From an uncultured delta proteobacterium (GTDB lineage: Bacteria; Myxococcota_A; Polyangia; Fen-1088): a stretch of 64,000 nt of DNA. The notes beneath the pieces were generated by a model. It did no database searches. It was given only the letters and a program-made list of their open reading frames with translations, and was not told the origin of the DNA. The stretch's first letter is position 1. Each line of letters opens with the position of its first letter. Made by a program: the position numbers and the translations under genes. This document shows, piece by piece, positions 30,803 through 40,393 of this stretch. The stretch covers positions 448,001-512,000 of the forward strand of contig CAVTRY010000023.1 of NCBI GenBank assembly GCA_963737265.1, given 5' to 3'.

Positions 30803-31837
30803 TTACAAAATGAGATCCTTGATGAAGTGCGGGCAGGGCGGCGCCGAAAAGCGCTGGTAACCCCCGCGCAAGAATTCACTGACCGCCCACAGCACGCGCT
30901 GCCAGCGCGACCGGCTTTCGGCGATGGCGAGCCTGCGCCGTTGATGCTCGACCTTGCGATCCATCATGGCGAGAAACCTTCGATCGCGCACCCGAGACGC
31001 GAATACGTGCAAACGCTCTCGCGCCAGGACGAAGCGCTCGTATGCCAACCGGAAATATGGCGGGCCCATCGCACGCGCCAGGTCATAGCGTTCCTTCCAA
31101 CCCAGCTTCTTTCCGCCAATTTGCTGAGCCGCGTGCTGTCGGTATTTCATCGTTGAGCATTCCACGCTGCCCACTCGAGCCATGGCGCCGATGACGAAGG
31201 CAATCCACCCGTCGTGAACCCAATTGTCGGGGATGGGCAAAATGCAGGGCCGGTAATCGACCCTGAACATCATGGTGGCCCCGGTGACGACCCACTGCCG
31301 CAAGAGAACCTCGAAGCCACGCCCCTTACGCACGCGCCGCCGCGCCAGACGGCCGAAGTGGACGGCGTCCCACATGCGGTGGCCGCTCGAACGCAAGTCA
31401 TCGTCGACCACATCGGCGTCGCTGAAGACCAACCCACAACCGTCATCGTCTGCCAGTGCCGCTTGGCTAAGCGCGAGCTTCTCTGGCAGCCACACGTCGT
31501 CCTGGTCGCTCGTTGCGATCAGATCCCCCGTGCAAAGCCCAATGGCCTTCTCGAAGTTCTTGGTCGATCCCAGTCGGGTTTCGTTGCGGAAGATGCGCAC
31601 GGGAAAGGGCGCGCGGTTCTTGAAGCGTTCAAGGATCGTCACCGTATCGTCCGTGGACCCGTCGTCGCAAACCACCAATTCGTCGGGAAGTCGCGTCTGA
31701 GTCGCGAAGCTGTCGAGCTGCGGATCGAGAAATCGCGCGCCGTTGTAAGTGCACAACGCCACCGAGACGCGTGCCGGGGTAGCCGTCACGGCATGGGCCC
31801 GCGCCGGATCGTCCGAGTTAGATAGCAGCATCGTCAT
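30803..31837 (-). CDS. GT2 glycosyltransferase
   Basis: SVALCTYNG, DDGSTD, DQDDVW and HDGW motifs. Confidence 0.93.
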   Translation of the reverse strand: MTMLLSNSDDPARAHAVTATPARVSVALCTYNGARFLDPQLDSFATQTRLPDELVVCDDGSTDDTVTILERFKNRAPFPVRIFRNETRLGSTKNFEKAIGLCTGDLIATSDQDDVWLPEKLALSQAALADDDGCGLVFSDADVVDDDLRSSGHRMWDAVHFGRLARRRVRKGRGFEVLLRQWVVTGATMMFRVDYRPCILPIPDNWVHDGWIAFVIGAMARVGSVECSTMKYRQHAAQQIGGKKLGWKERYDLARAMGPPYFRLAYERFVLARERLHVFASRVRDRRFLAMMDRKVEHQRRRLAIAESRSRWQRVLWAVSEFLRGGYQRFSAPPCPHFIKDLIL

Positions 31838-31976
31838 CGCTTGAATCCGTTGGAGAAGATACACCCAAGCCGCATCGGCGGACTAGCTGCCGGACAAACT
31901 CGCGACCAACCGCCAAATTGGCGTGACGAACACCACCCGCCCATCCCTTCGAAGAAAGGGCACGTAGAACCCTCCT

Positions 31977-32046
31977 GATGACTCCCGATGACTCCGATGA
32001 CTTGACCAACTTGACCAACCAGGGCCGGGATGGTCAAGTCATCGGA
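31977..32046. repeat. Short-period tandem repeats plus a perfect 16-bp inverted repeat
   Basis: GATGACT x3 and TTGACCAAC x2; TCCGATGACTTGACCA (31993-32008) pairs with TGGTCAAGTCATCGGA (32031-32046). Confidence 0.85.
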
Positions 32047-32139
32047 CTTCGAAAGGATTCGTTCTCCACACAATCTTCCGAATCCGCTCCACTGCCTGGG
32101 CCTGGCTGTGAGGCCAGAGGGCGCGCCAAGCTATGTGCA

Positions 32140-32949
32140 CTACGGGGCGACGGCGCCTACCCGTCGGCGTGGCTTGCGGAACTGAAGCAGGACGACCCCA
32201 AGCAAGGTGCCCCAGCTCAAGGCCAACGCCATGGGCACCACAAGAGGTTTGTAGTCCATTTTCACGGTATTGAGCCCCGCCTTGACGGAAACTGCGCGAA
32301 AGTAGAAATTGGCCGGCCTGATCGGCGCGGTGGTTCCATTGACGGAGGCGCGCCAGCCACGCGACCATCGGTCGGTCACTAGGATCCAACCGTCGGCAGG
32401 CGCAGTCACTTGGAATTCTAGGCGCCTCGGGGTGTAAGCAAGCAACTGAGGCTGGAGTGGCGTCATGGCCTCCGCGCTCCGAAGAGAGCTCAGCATCGCC
32501 GCAGTCGGGGAATGATCTCCCTTGAAGTCCCTCGCCTCGTGCAGAATGAGAGGCGCATTCTTCCGTTCCCGCCACCGTCCGATGTAACCGTCCAGTAGCC
32601 CGTCGCTTGGTGGGGCTGCCAGTGCCAGCGTTGAAAACCATATCTTACGATCGCTCAGCATGCCAACTAGGTTGGGACCGAACACGACGACGCCGACCAA
32701 CCCGGCCACGCAGAGACCGACGAAAACCTTACCCAGTCTTCGCAGGACGGGATACGAGGCCCACGGGGAATTCGCCGCTGGCCAGAAACAGCGCCCGAAG
32801 GGCAACCAAGCCATGGAATAGATCATGGATACGTGCTCGGCATTCCCCATGGAAAATCCGGAAAAGATCCATGCGAAACCGAGCGTGGCGGCACCGTACA
32901 CGGGCAAACAAAGGCGACGCCCCAGCAGGAATACTCCAAGACCCGACAA
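32140..32949 (-). pseudogene. Internally deleted YfhO-family membrane glycosyltransferase remnant
   Basis: N-terminal FSGF..AWLP and C-terminal GWRASVNG...FRAVSVKAG...Y.P motifs in only 269 aa. Confidence 0.7.
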
Positions 32950-32989
32950 CCACCAGATGGTCAGGAAATAGAGCCGAAAGGCCAGTGCC

Positions 32990-33946
32990 TCACAGCGGCC
33001 ACCACTCGGTCTCGTTCAGGATGAAATATTGGTAGTCCCGTAAGGGCAGGAACGAGTATTCCGTCCGCGCACGCAAGGTGAAGAGAAGCATGAACATGCT
33101 CATGAGCGCAAGGTTCAGCAGGGAGATCAGCAACAGCCCCACCGCATTGGTCGCCCATCCGGGAATGGCCAATTCCGTGAGGGTTCTGACCAGAACCACA
33201 GCCACGATTCCCGCTGCAATCACCGCCCCGCCAAGGGTCAACATCGCCAGGATGCGCGAGCCGACGACGTCACTGTAGACGGAAATCGCACTTAGCCCAT
33301 GCGTTACCAAGGACAAGATGTTCATCTTGGACCTGCCCGCCAGGCGGTGGGCACGGGGTACCGGAACCATGTCGACGGGCAGGCGGGCATGGAAGACAGC
33401 GGCGGCGTAGTGATTCCACATTTCCGATATGGCCACCAGGCGCTCCAAAATGCACCTTGGCAAGACGCTGAAGTTGCCGACCTCGACCTTTCGACCGACC
33501 AGCAGCCGGTGCACCAGCTTGAAGCCAAAATAGCCAAAGCGAAAAAGCCATCCTTTGGAACGCTTCGCCCGTCGGGCGAAGACCGCCCGGCGCGCTTGCG
33601 CCTGCACGCACCGTTCCACCAGCAAGGGGATGTACTTGGGATCGTCCTCACCATCGCCATCCATGACAACGACGAAGTCGTGATTGGCGGTTTCGTGAAG
33701 ATGGGTCAGGGCCAGGGCGATGGCTCGTTGATGGCCAACATTCCTTCTGAGCGCCAAGACCGAAACGCGCCCGAGCATCTTGAAATGGAAGTCCGCTTCC
33801 GGTCGAAGGTCGGTGGATCCGTCGTCGACGAGCAGGACGTCGACTTGGACCTTCATCGGTTCAACCGCGCTATCGATCCGATCAAGCAACAGGACCGCGG
33901 ACTGCCAGTCGTTGAAGATGGGAATACAGACGACCAAACTCGTCAT
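32990..33946 (-). CDS. GtrB/DPM1-like GT2 (polyprenyl-phosphate glycosyltransferase)
   Basis: IPIFND, DDGS, NVGHQRA and MDGDGED motifs, two C-terminal TM helices. Confidence 0.9.
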   Translation of the reverse strand: MTSLVVCIPIFNDWQSAVLLLDRIDSAVEPMKVQVDVLLVDDGSTDLRPEADFHFKMLGRVSVLALRRNVGHQRAIALALTHLHETANHDFVVVMDGDGEDDPKYIPLLVERCVQAQARRAVFARRAKRSKGWLFRFGYFGFKLVHRLLVGRKVEVGNFSVLPRCILERLVAISEMWNHYAAAVFHARLPVDMVPVPRAHRLAGRSKMNILSLVTHGLSAISVYSDVVGSRILAMLTLGGAVIAAGIVAVVLVRTLTELAIPGWATNAVGLLLISLLNLALMSMFMLLFTLRARTEYSFLPLRDYQYFILNETEWWPL

Positions 33947-34157
33947 ACGCCGGTGACCTTCGCATTCATGGGCTGCGCCCGTCAAAGTGCGCGAGCAAAT
34001 TTAGGTGCTCTCTGCGGCAAGTTGGATCGACCATAGCAGAGACGCAGGTTCGGGACGAAACACAAAAGTGAGGTGGCTCGGGTGGCAGGGCAACGCTTGA
34101 ATGCATCTACGCAGGGTGGTAGTAGGTCGGTGGCGATCCACCCCACGGATCTCGCTG

Positions 34158-34700
34158 ATGTCTCTCGAAAATCACCTTCGCCGCCAGATCGATCATTCCC
34201 AGGACTTCTTCTGGCACCGCATAAGATGGAAAGCGGTCAGACATTTCTTTCCGAACGCAACCGACTTTGGTCTGGTGGACGTCGGGGCCGGTGCCGGGAT
34301 GGTGGGCGAGTACCTGGGACAGGAATTCCCGAGTGCGCGCTACCATTTCGTGGAGCCATTGGAATCGCTGGAGCACACGCTGGAGCAAAGACACGGGCGA
34401 GAGCGCACCTGCGCCAAGCGGAAGGTTCGAGAACATGCAAGTCATCACCCTTCTCGATGTCCTCGAGCACCAGGCCGATGACCGCGCCTTCCTGTCAGAC
34501 CTGCCGGATTCTCTCGTACTGGGACGACGCCCACAGACTCTCGCACGGAGTTTCCCGACTTGCCTGCGCCGATCAATCGGGCACTGCTGGGTGTGGGGGC
34601 CTTGTCGTTGGCGCTGCGCAAGTACGTGCCGCTGGGCACTTCCCTCATCGCGGTGCTGAAGAAAACCAGCCGCCGAGCGACGGCCATCGAGTCGTGATGG
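34158..34700 (+). pseudogene. Degraded class I SAM methyltransferase
   Basis: VDVGAGAG in one frame and LLDVLEH in another; homology is lost downstream. Confidence 0.7.
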
Positions 34701-34981
34701 AGCGTAGTGAGCAGAATTTTTGCTGGTCCTGGCCGGACCGTTCCTTTTCAGGAGCGCGGTTCGGCCCGTCGCGAAGCTGACGGGGTGGAAGTTCGCCGTG
34801 GTCGTGGTGCGCCTCGTAGCCAATCCCATCAACCCGGCGTACACTATTCCGCTCGCGAGCCCGTCTTTCGCTGGATCAAACGAATCCAGCGGATGGTCTA
34901 TCCCGCATCACTCTCGCCCTCGTCGGTTTGCTGGTGCGAAAAAGAAAGCAGGTTTTCTGAACGTTATCTGGCAGCGCCGGG

Positions 34982-35476
34982 TTAACCATCCACCAAAGCG
35001 CGCAACCAGCCCGTCGCCCGTCGTCGGAAACCGTCGCCGTGGCCGCGGTTGATGCGGCGGATGATGGCTTTCTTGTCCAAGAAGAAGGTCGTAGGCAAGC
35101 GGTCCTCGCCCCAGCGCCGGGCGACTTCTCCGGTGGAATCGAGTGCCCAAGCCACCTGTTCGAGACTGGGATGCCCTTTGAGAAATTCGCGAACCTTGGC
35201 GGGTTCGTCCACCGCGATCACGAGGACACGCACGCGATTTCCCAGCTCCCCCTGAATCTCCCGCAAATCATCGAGGTTCTCCCGGCATGGAGCGCACCAA
35301 GTGGCAAAAAATTCGACCGCGGTGACTTGCCCGGAAAGCCAGGCACGGTCGATCGCCTGTCCTTCCGACGTCGCCGACGCCGTCAACCTCGCCAGTGAAA
35401 ACGCTGGCGCCCCGTCACCGATCTTGGGCGGGGCGCTGGCCGCGAGAAGGAAAAGCAGTGCAATAGTTCGAACCAC
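34982..35476 (-). CDS. TlpA-like thioredoxin-fold protein
   Basis: FFATWCAPC and LPTTFFLD motifs, signal peptide. Confidence 0.9.
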   Translation of the reverse strand: MVRTIALLFLLAASAPPKIGDGAPAFSLARLTASATSEGQAIDRAWLSGQVTAVEFFATWCAPCRENLDDLREIQGELGNRVRVLVIAVDEPAKVREFLKGHPSLEQVAWALDSTGEVARRWGEDRLPTTFFLDKKAIIRRINRGHGDGFRRRATGWLRALVDG

Positions 35477-35529
35477 GCAGGCATCTTAGCGCGCTGGGGC
35501 TGGCTCAGGATCAGGTTCGAAGGCTCTCA

Positions 35530-36009
35530 CTATTGGGCGCCGGGATAGCCCTGCTCCGCTCCTGCGTCGAAAGCGGCCCCTTGGCGGCCGGACTTGCCGA
35601 AGTGGCCCGGACCGTGCTGGGCCAACCACGTCCGCTGCGCGGGGGTCAGCACATCGTGCAACTGGAAGAAAAATTCGCTCCAGATTGCCTTGACCTTCAC
35701 CACGAGCCCGTCCAGCTCGGACTGCTTGCTGGCGATCGTCCCGCGATCCAGGGCGGCCGCGGTCCACAGCGCGCGAATGGCCGTACGGATAACGACGATC
35801 TGTTCGTGAATAGGTGCTGCCTGCTGCATGGCCATTGCTTTCAAATCGGCGATCTTCTGTTTCTGATCTGGGGTCAGATCTGGAATCGGCGGCAACCCGC
35901 CTTTGCCTCCGCGGTGGCCCATACCAAATCCGCCCGGCCCCTGCGCGAATGCGCCGGTTGAAACCAGCAACATGGCGGTCACTGCGGTCATCTTGAATAT
36001 CTTTGCCAT
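35530..36009 (-). CDS. Spy/CpxP-family periplasmic chaperone
   Basis: Signal peptide, LTPDQ and LTPAQ motifs, AAGGAG SD. Confidence 0.88.
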   Translation of the reverse strand: MAKIFKMTAVTAMLLVSTGAFAQGPGGFGMGHRGGKGGLPPIPDLTPDQKQKIADLKAMAMQQAAPIHEQIVVIRTAIRALWTAAALDRGTIASKQSELDGLVVKVKAIWSEFFFQLHDVLTPAQRTWLAQHGPGHFGKSGRQGAAFDAGAEQGYPGAQ

Positions 36010-36057
36010 CGAAGTTCTCCTTACTGTTGTTCGCAATCTGCCTATGTCGTGGGAACG

Positions 36058-36073
36058 AGCAAGGGGCATGCCA
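36058..36073 (-). promoter_or_regulatory. Sigma-54 (-24/-12) promoter
   Basis: Minus strand TGGCATG-CCCC-TTGCT fits TGGCACG-N4-TTGC with exact spacing, about 50 bp upstream of the Spy/CpxP start. Confidence 0.75.
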
Positions 36074-36295
36074 CCAACGCCAAACCATCGTCCGATCCGG
36101 CCCAAGCATCCAACCGCCTGATTCTCCCCACCAAATTCTGGAGACAGAAGAGATCCCCGACGTCGCGCCTCGCCTTGTTGTGCACGCTTCGCATCCCCGC
36201 CGCGGATTCCGCAGTCGTCAAGGAGTCATCCTGCCGCCGCTAACGTCAGCCTGGGGCAAAACGCTTGCCATCCGGCGTATAGTCATCCCCGGCTC

Positions 36296-37024
36296 ATGAT
36301 TCAACGCCTGGCCGAGCAAATCGAAGCCGATCTGCGCGCTGTGGGAACGCCCGCGCGGGCCGCGCAGGAGAAACGCTACCTCAAGAGCGACCTCGACCAT
36401 GTGGGCGCGACCGTACCAGCCATGCGCAAGGTCGTCGTCGCTGTCCGGCGAGCGCACCCTGGGCTCAAGCGCGAAGAAATACTGGCGCTGGCCCGCGCGC
36501 TGTGGAAGAAGCCGATCCACGAGCGACGCGCGGCCGCCGTCGAGCTCCTGGAGCAGTTCAAAAAGGAGCTGCGCCCGGAGGACATCGACCTGGTCGAGAC
36601 CTTCCTGCGCGCGGCGCGCGGCTGGGCGCTGGTCGACAACTTGGCGGCGTCGGTCGCCGGCGATCTCGTGGAACGCTTTCCGGCCAAGCTCGCTCCGGTC
36701 CTCGATCGCTGGGCGAAAGACGAAGATTTCTGGCTCCGGCGCTCTGCCCTGCTCGCGTTGCTGCCGCCCTTGCGACGAGGCGAAGGCGACTTCAACCGAT
36801 TCTGTCGCTACGCCGACGCCATGCTAGAGGAAAAGGAATTCTTCATCCGCAAGGCCATCGGCTGGGTCCTTCGGGAAACCGCCAAGAAGACACCGCAGCG
36901 GGTGGTGGATTGGCTGCTGCCGCGGGCCACGCGCGCGTCTGGCCTGACCGTGCGCGAGGCCAGCAAGCATCTGCCCGCGGTGGACAAAAACCGCATCGCG
37001 CAGGCGCACGCTGGGAAAGGCTGA
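36296..37024 (+). CDS. alkD: DNA alkylation repair protein (AlkD-like HEAT-repeat glycosylase)
   Basis: WALVD, WAKDEDFWLRR and EFFIRKAIGWVLRE motifs. Confidence 0.88.
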   Translation: MIQRLAEQIEADLRAVGTPARAAQEKRYLKSDLDHVGATVPAMRKVVVAVRRAHPGLKREEILALARALWKKPIHERRAAAVELLEQFKKELRPEDIDLVETFLRAARGWALVDNLAASVAGDLVERFPAKLAPVLDRWAKDEDFWLRRSALLALLPPLRRGEGDFNRFCRYADAMLEEKEFFIRKAIGWVLRETAKKTPQRVVDWLLPRATRASGLTVREASKHLPAVDKNRIAQAHAGKG

Positions 37025-37051
37025 CGGATTGCACGGCCCGCCTCGAAACAC

Positions 37052-37363
37052 TCAGTTCGACGAGGCAGACTTGGGCGGCGCCGCAGCCCGCGCTCGCTGG
37101 CCGTCGCCGTCCGCGGCCGCTGGAAGCTCGGGTGTAGACATGCCAGGCATTTCGCCGCTCTTGGCGGTGGTACCGACCGCAAAGCCCTGCTCGGCAAGGC
37201 GCTCGGCCTCGCCTGCCAGCCGCCTCGCACAGGTCATCCAGCGCTCGCGCGCGCAGTCCAGCTCGCGACACGATTCGCATGCTTCAAGGTTGGGGGGAAC
37301 GTCTTGAATGATTCCCCCTCGAATTCGGGTCCAGATTGTGCTGAGCCAAGAACCACCGCTCAT
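37052..37363 (-). CDS. Small hypothetical protein with a four-Cys cluster
   Basis: CESCRELDC...WMTC; GAGAG upstream; no family recognised. Confidence 0.45.
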   Translation of the reverse strand: MSGGSWLSTIWTRIRGGIIQDVPPNLEACESCRELDCARERWMTCARRLAGEAERLAEQGFAVGTTAKSGEMPGMSTPELPAAADGDGQRARAAAPPKSASSN

Positions 37364-37538
37364 GTCGTCGGCCTTTGCTGCTCTCTCAAGGTATAGAATC
37401 CACCCAAAAGACCAAAATGACAAGTTTCCGTGACGAGTTTTTGTGGGACGTGTTACAGCGTAGTACATCGTGGCTGCGGAGCCCACCGCCATGCGCACGC
37501 CACCACCGCCCTGGCGTCACGCCATACAGCACCCGGTC

Positions 37539-38351
37539 ATGAGCCAACCCCGGTTCACCGTCGTCACCCCCGTCTTGAACGGCGCCCGATTTCTTGGCGA
37601 CACCATACGCTCTATCGCCTGCCAAACTGAACCGAGCTGGGAATACGTCATTGTCGACGGCGGATCGACGGATGGATCGGCCGAGATAGCACAGCAAGCC
37701 GCCAGGGCGGACTCGCGCATCCGTGTGCTCACGGGTCGGGACCGGGGGATGTACGACGCCGTCCTTCGCGGAATGGCGGACGGTACGGGAGATGTCTGCT
37801 ACTGGATCAACTCGGACGACAAGGTAATGCCGTGGGCGTTCGCTGTCGTTTCGCAATACCTGGCCACCTCGGGTGCCGAATGGGTGACTGGGATGCCCGC
37901 CTTCTGGGACGCGGCGGGGGCATTGCGCCGTACAGAAGTTCCGATGTGGTACGCACGTGCGTTTCTTCGCCGTGGACTCTTCCACGGACGTGCGTTGGGA
38001 TGGGTCCAGCAAGAGAGCACCTTCTTCGCGCGCGCCCTCCTCGACCGCGTGCCGCCGGACCGGCTGGAGGTCATCCGATCGAAGTCGCTGGCCGGAGATT
38101 TCCTGCTTTGGGTTGAATTCGCAAAGCAAACCCACCTGCACACGGTGCCGACGGTGCTTGCGGGTTTCAGAATCCACGACAGCAACGCGTCCGGTGCTAT
38201 CGACAAGTACCTGGCCGAGGTGTCCGAGGCCGGATTCTGGATTCCTCCCCGCGTTATCTGCACGGCTATGCGCTTTGCGTATAGCCCCTTCTCCATTCTC
38301 GTGCAGCGGTACCTCACCGCGTCTCGCTACGATCGATTCTGGAAACCGTAG
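37539..38351 (+). CDS. GT2 glycosyltransferase
   Basis: TVVTPVLN, DGGSTDG, DRGMYDA and INSDD motifs. Confidence 0.92.
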   Translation: MSQPRFTVVTPVLNGARFLGDTIRSIACQTEPSWEYVIVDGGSTDGSAEIAQQAARADSRIRVLTGRDRGMYDAVLRGMADGTGDVCYWINSDDKVMPWAFAVVSQYLATSGAEWVTGMPAFWDAAGALRRTEVPMWYARAFLRRGLFHGRALGWVQQESTFFARALLDRVPPDRLEVIRSKSLAGDFLLWVEFAKQTHLHTVPTVLAGFRIHDSNASGAIDKYLAEVSEAGFWIPPRVICTAMRFAYSPFSILVQRYLTASRYDRFWKP

Positions 38352-38413
38352 CGGCCCAGAACCCGCTGGCTCGGAATTGTGGTTCCACACAAGAATCGGG
38401 TAGGCTGCCGAAA

Positions 38414-39184
38414 ATGAACACGAGGCCACGAGGACTCGCCGATGCGGCAGCGCTCCTCGCACGCGTTGTCAGTCGCCCTTTGAACTCGGCCCTCGGCCGA
38501 CTCGGACTGCAGCTCAGCCGCACGGACGAACGCGCAGTCGCGACCATGCGGGCGGGCCTCGCTAGGGCTGCCAGGCGCGGCCCGCCGGTTGGAACGATGG
38601 TCGACGTCGGAGCCTCAGACGGGCGCTGGTCGGACATTGCTCGGCAATACTTCCCCTCGTCCAACCTTCTGCTTATCGAGGCCAATGAAGCCCACCGCTC
38701 TGGCTTGGAGTCATTTCGCCAGCGCGTCCCACGCTCGGATTTCGTCTTGGCTGCGGCCGGCAACCAGGTCGGCCACCTATTCTTCGACGGAAGCGATCCA
38801 TTCGGCGGTCTCGCCAGCGCCGAAGCCACCGAGCGTTCCTCCCGCCTCCCGGCCACCACCATCGACCACGAAGTCGCCACGCGATCCCTGCCCGGGCCTT
38901 ACCTAGTCAAACTCGACACCCACGGGTTCGAATTGCCGATCCTTGAAGGGGCGAGGACCACGCTGGCCCACACCGACCTTCTCATTATCGAGGTCTACAA
39001 TTTCACCTTGTGTCAGGGGGCGCTCAGGTTCTATGAAATGTGCGCTCACTTAGCTCCGCTCGGATTTCGCCCGATTGACCTATGCGACCCGATGTACCGG
39101 CCAACCGACGAGGTCCTGTGGCAATGCGACATGTTTTTTGCCCGTAGCGATCGGCCCGAATTCCAGAACAGCGCCTATTCATGA
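38414..39184 (+). CDS. FkbM-family methyltransferase
   Basis: VDVGA..G and VKLDTHGFELPILEGA motifs. Confidence 0.9.
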   Translation: MNTRPRGLADAAALLARVVSRPLNSALGRLGLQLSRTDERAVATMRAGLARAARRGPPVGTMVDVGASDGRWSDIARQYFPSSNLLLIEANEAHRSGLESFRQRVPRSDFVLAAAGNQVGHLFFDGSDPFGGLASAEATERSSRLPATTIDHEVATRSLPGPYLVKLDTHGFELPILEGARTTLAHTDLLIIEVYNFTLCQGALRFYEMCAHLAPLGFRPIDLCDPMYRPTDEVLWQCDMFFARSDRPEFQNSAYS

Positions 39185-39196
39185 TGCGCCGTCGCG

Positions 39197-40204
39197 TCAC
39201 TCCGGGGACGATGAGCGAGGGCTCTGCGCACCGCCCACGGCGTGCTGCAATTCCATCTGGGTTCGGACCAGGTGGCCGGCCACTTCGCGCATCATAGTCC
39301 GGGCACGCCATCCAATGGTTTTCGCCGCGGCGGACGGATCGGCGGCGCTGTCCTGAATCTCGGAAGGCCGGAAGAGAGCCGGATCGACTTCCACATGGTC
39401 TCGCATTTGAATCCCGACGCTGTCAAAGGACGCGGCGATAAACTCGGCCAGTGTGTTTGATTGGCCCGTGGCCAGAACCAGGTCGCGTGGCTCGGATGCT
39501 TGGAGCATCAGATGGAAGGCTTCCACATATTCGGCGGCCAATCCCCAATCCCTCCGGATGGAGAGGTTTCCAACCTTGAGCCGGCCGCCCACACCCCGCA
39601 CTATTCCGGCCACGAAGCTCGCTACTTTGCTAGTTACGAACTGGGGCGGCCGGAGCGGCGATTCATGGTTGAACGTGATGCCGGAGCAAGCAAAAAGACC
39701 GTACGATGATCGATAGACGCAGATCAGATGCATGCTGGCGGCTTTCGCGGCACCATAGGGGCTTCTAGGCGCCAGCGGTGTCTGTTCGCTGGCGGGCAGC
39801 TTGGTGTCGCCGAAACACTCACTCGACCCGGCATTGAACAGTCGTGCCTCGGGCGCGCAGGTTCTCACAGCCTCCAGCAGGGCCAACGTGCCCCTTGTCA
39901 CGCTCTCAACCGTTTCGCACGGATAGCGGAATGACGAAGCGACCGATGACTGTCCAGCGAGGTTGTAGATCTCGTGTGGCTTGGTCGCCCTGACCAAATC
40001 GGCTACCGCAGCCAGGTTACACGGGTCCAACGTGGCTAGCTGGATACGATCCCCTAACCCGGCAGCCGCAAGCCGCGTTGTCGGTCCATCATCAAGTCGT
40101 CGCGACGTCCCTGAAACCGTGTAACCCTGGTCCAGGAGATGCCGAGCCAGGAGGATTCCATCCTGGCCCGAGATGCCAACGATCAATGCGGAGCGATTCG
40201 TCAT
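39197..40204 (-). CDS. gmd: GDP-mannose 4,6-dehydratase family protein
   Basis: GISGQDG, SSECFG, SPYGAAK, FNHESP and RDWG motifs; could be an Rmd-like paralog. Confidence 0.8.
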   Translation of the reverse strand: MTNRSALIVGISGQDGILLARHLLDQGYTVSGTSRRLDDGPTTRLAAAGLGDRIQLATLDPCNLAAVADLVRATKPHEIYNLAGQSSVASSFRYPCETVESVTRGTLALLEAVRTCAPEARLFNAGSSECFGDTKLPASEQTPLAPRSPYGAAKAASMHLICVYRSSYGLFACSGITFNHESPLRPPQFVTSKVASFVAGIVRGVGGRLKVGNLSIRRDWGLAAEYVEAFHLMLQASEPRDLVLATGQSNTLAEFIAASFDSVGIQMRDHVEVDPALFRPSEIQDSAADPSAAAKTIGWRARTMMREVAGHLVRTQMELQHAVGGAQSPRSSSPE

Positions 40205-40393
40205 GTAGCTGCCTCTGGCCTCGGTGAAGGTAACTCAACAGGCGACGGCGACCCAACCCAATCGTGCATAAGAATTTCCGCCGTCAAGACGCGATCGGAC
40301 ACCGCTGTCAGCATTGCACCTTCCGAGACGCGCTCCCCACCTAAGTCGGCTGGTGACTCCGCTTGTCTATCGTGCCAACGTGGCAGCGTTCAG

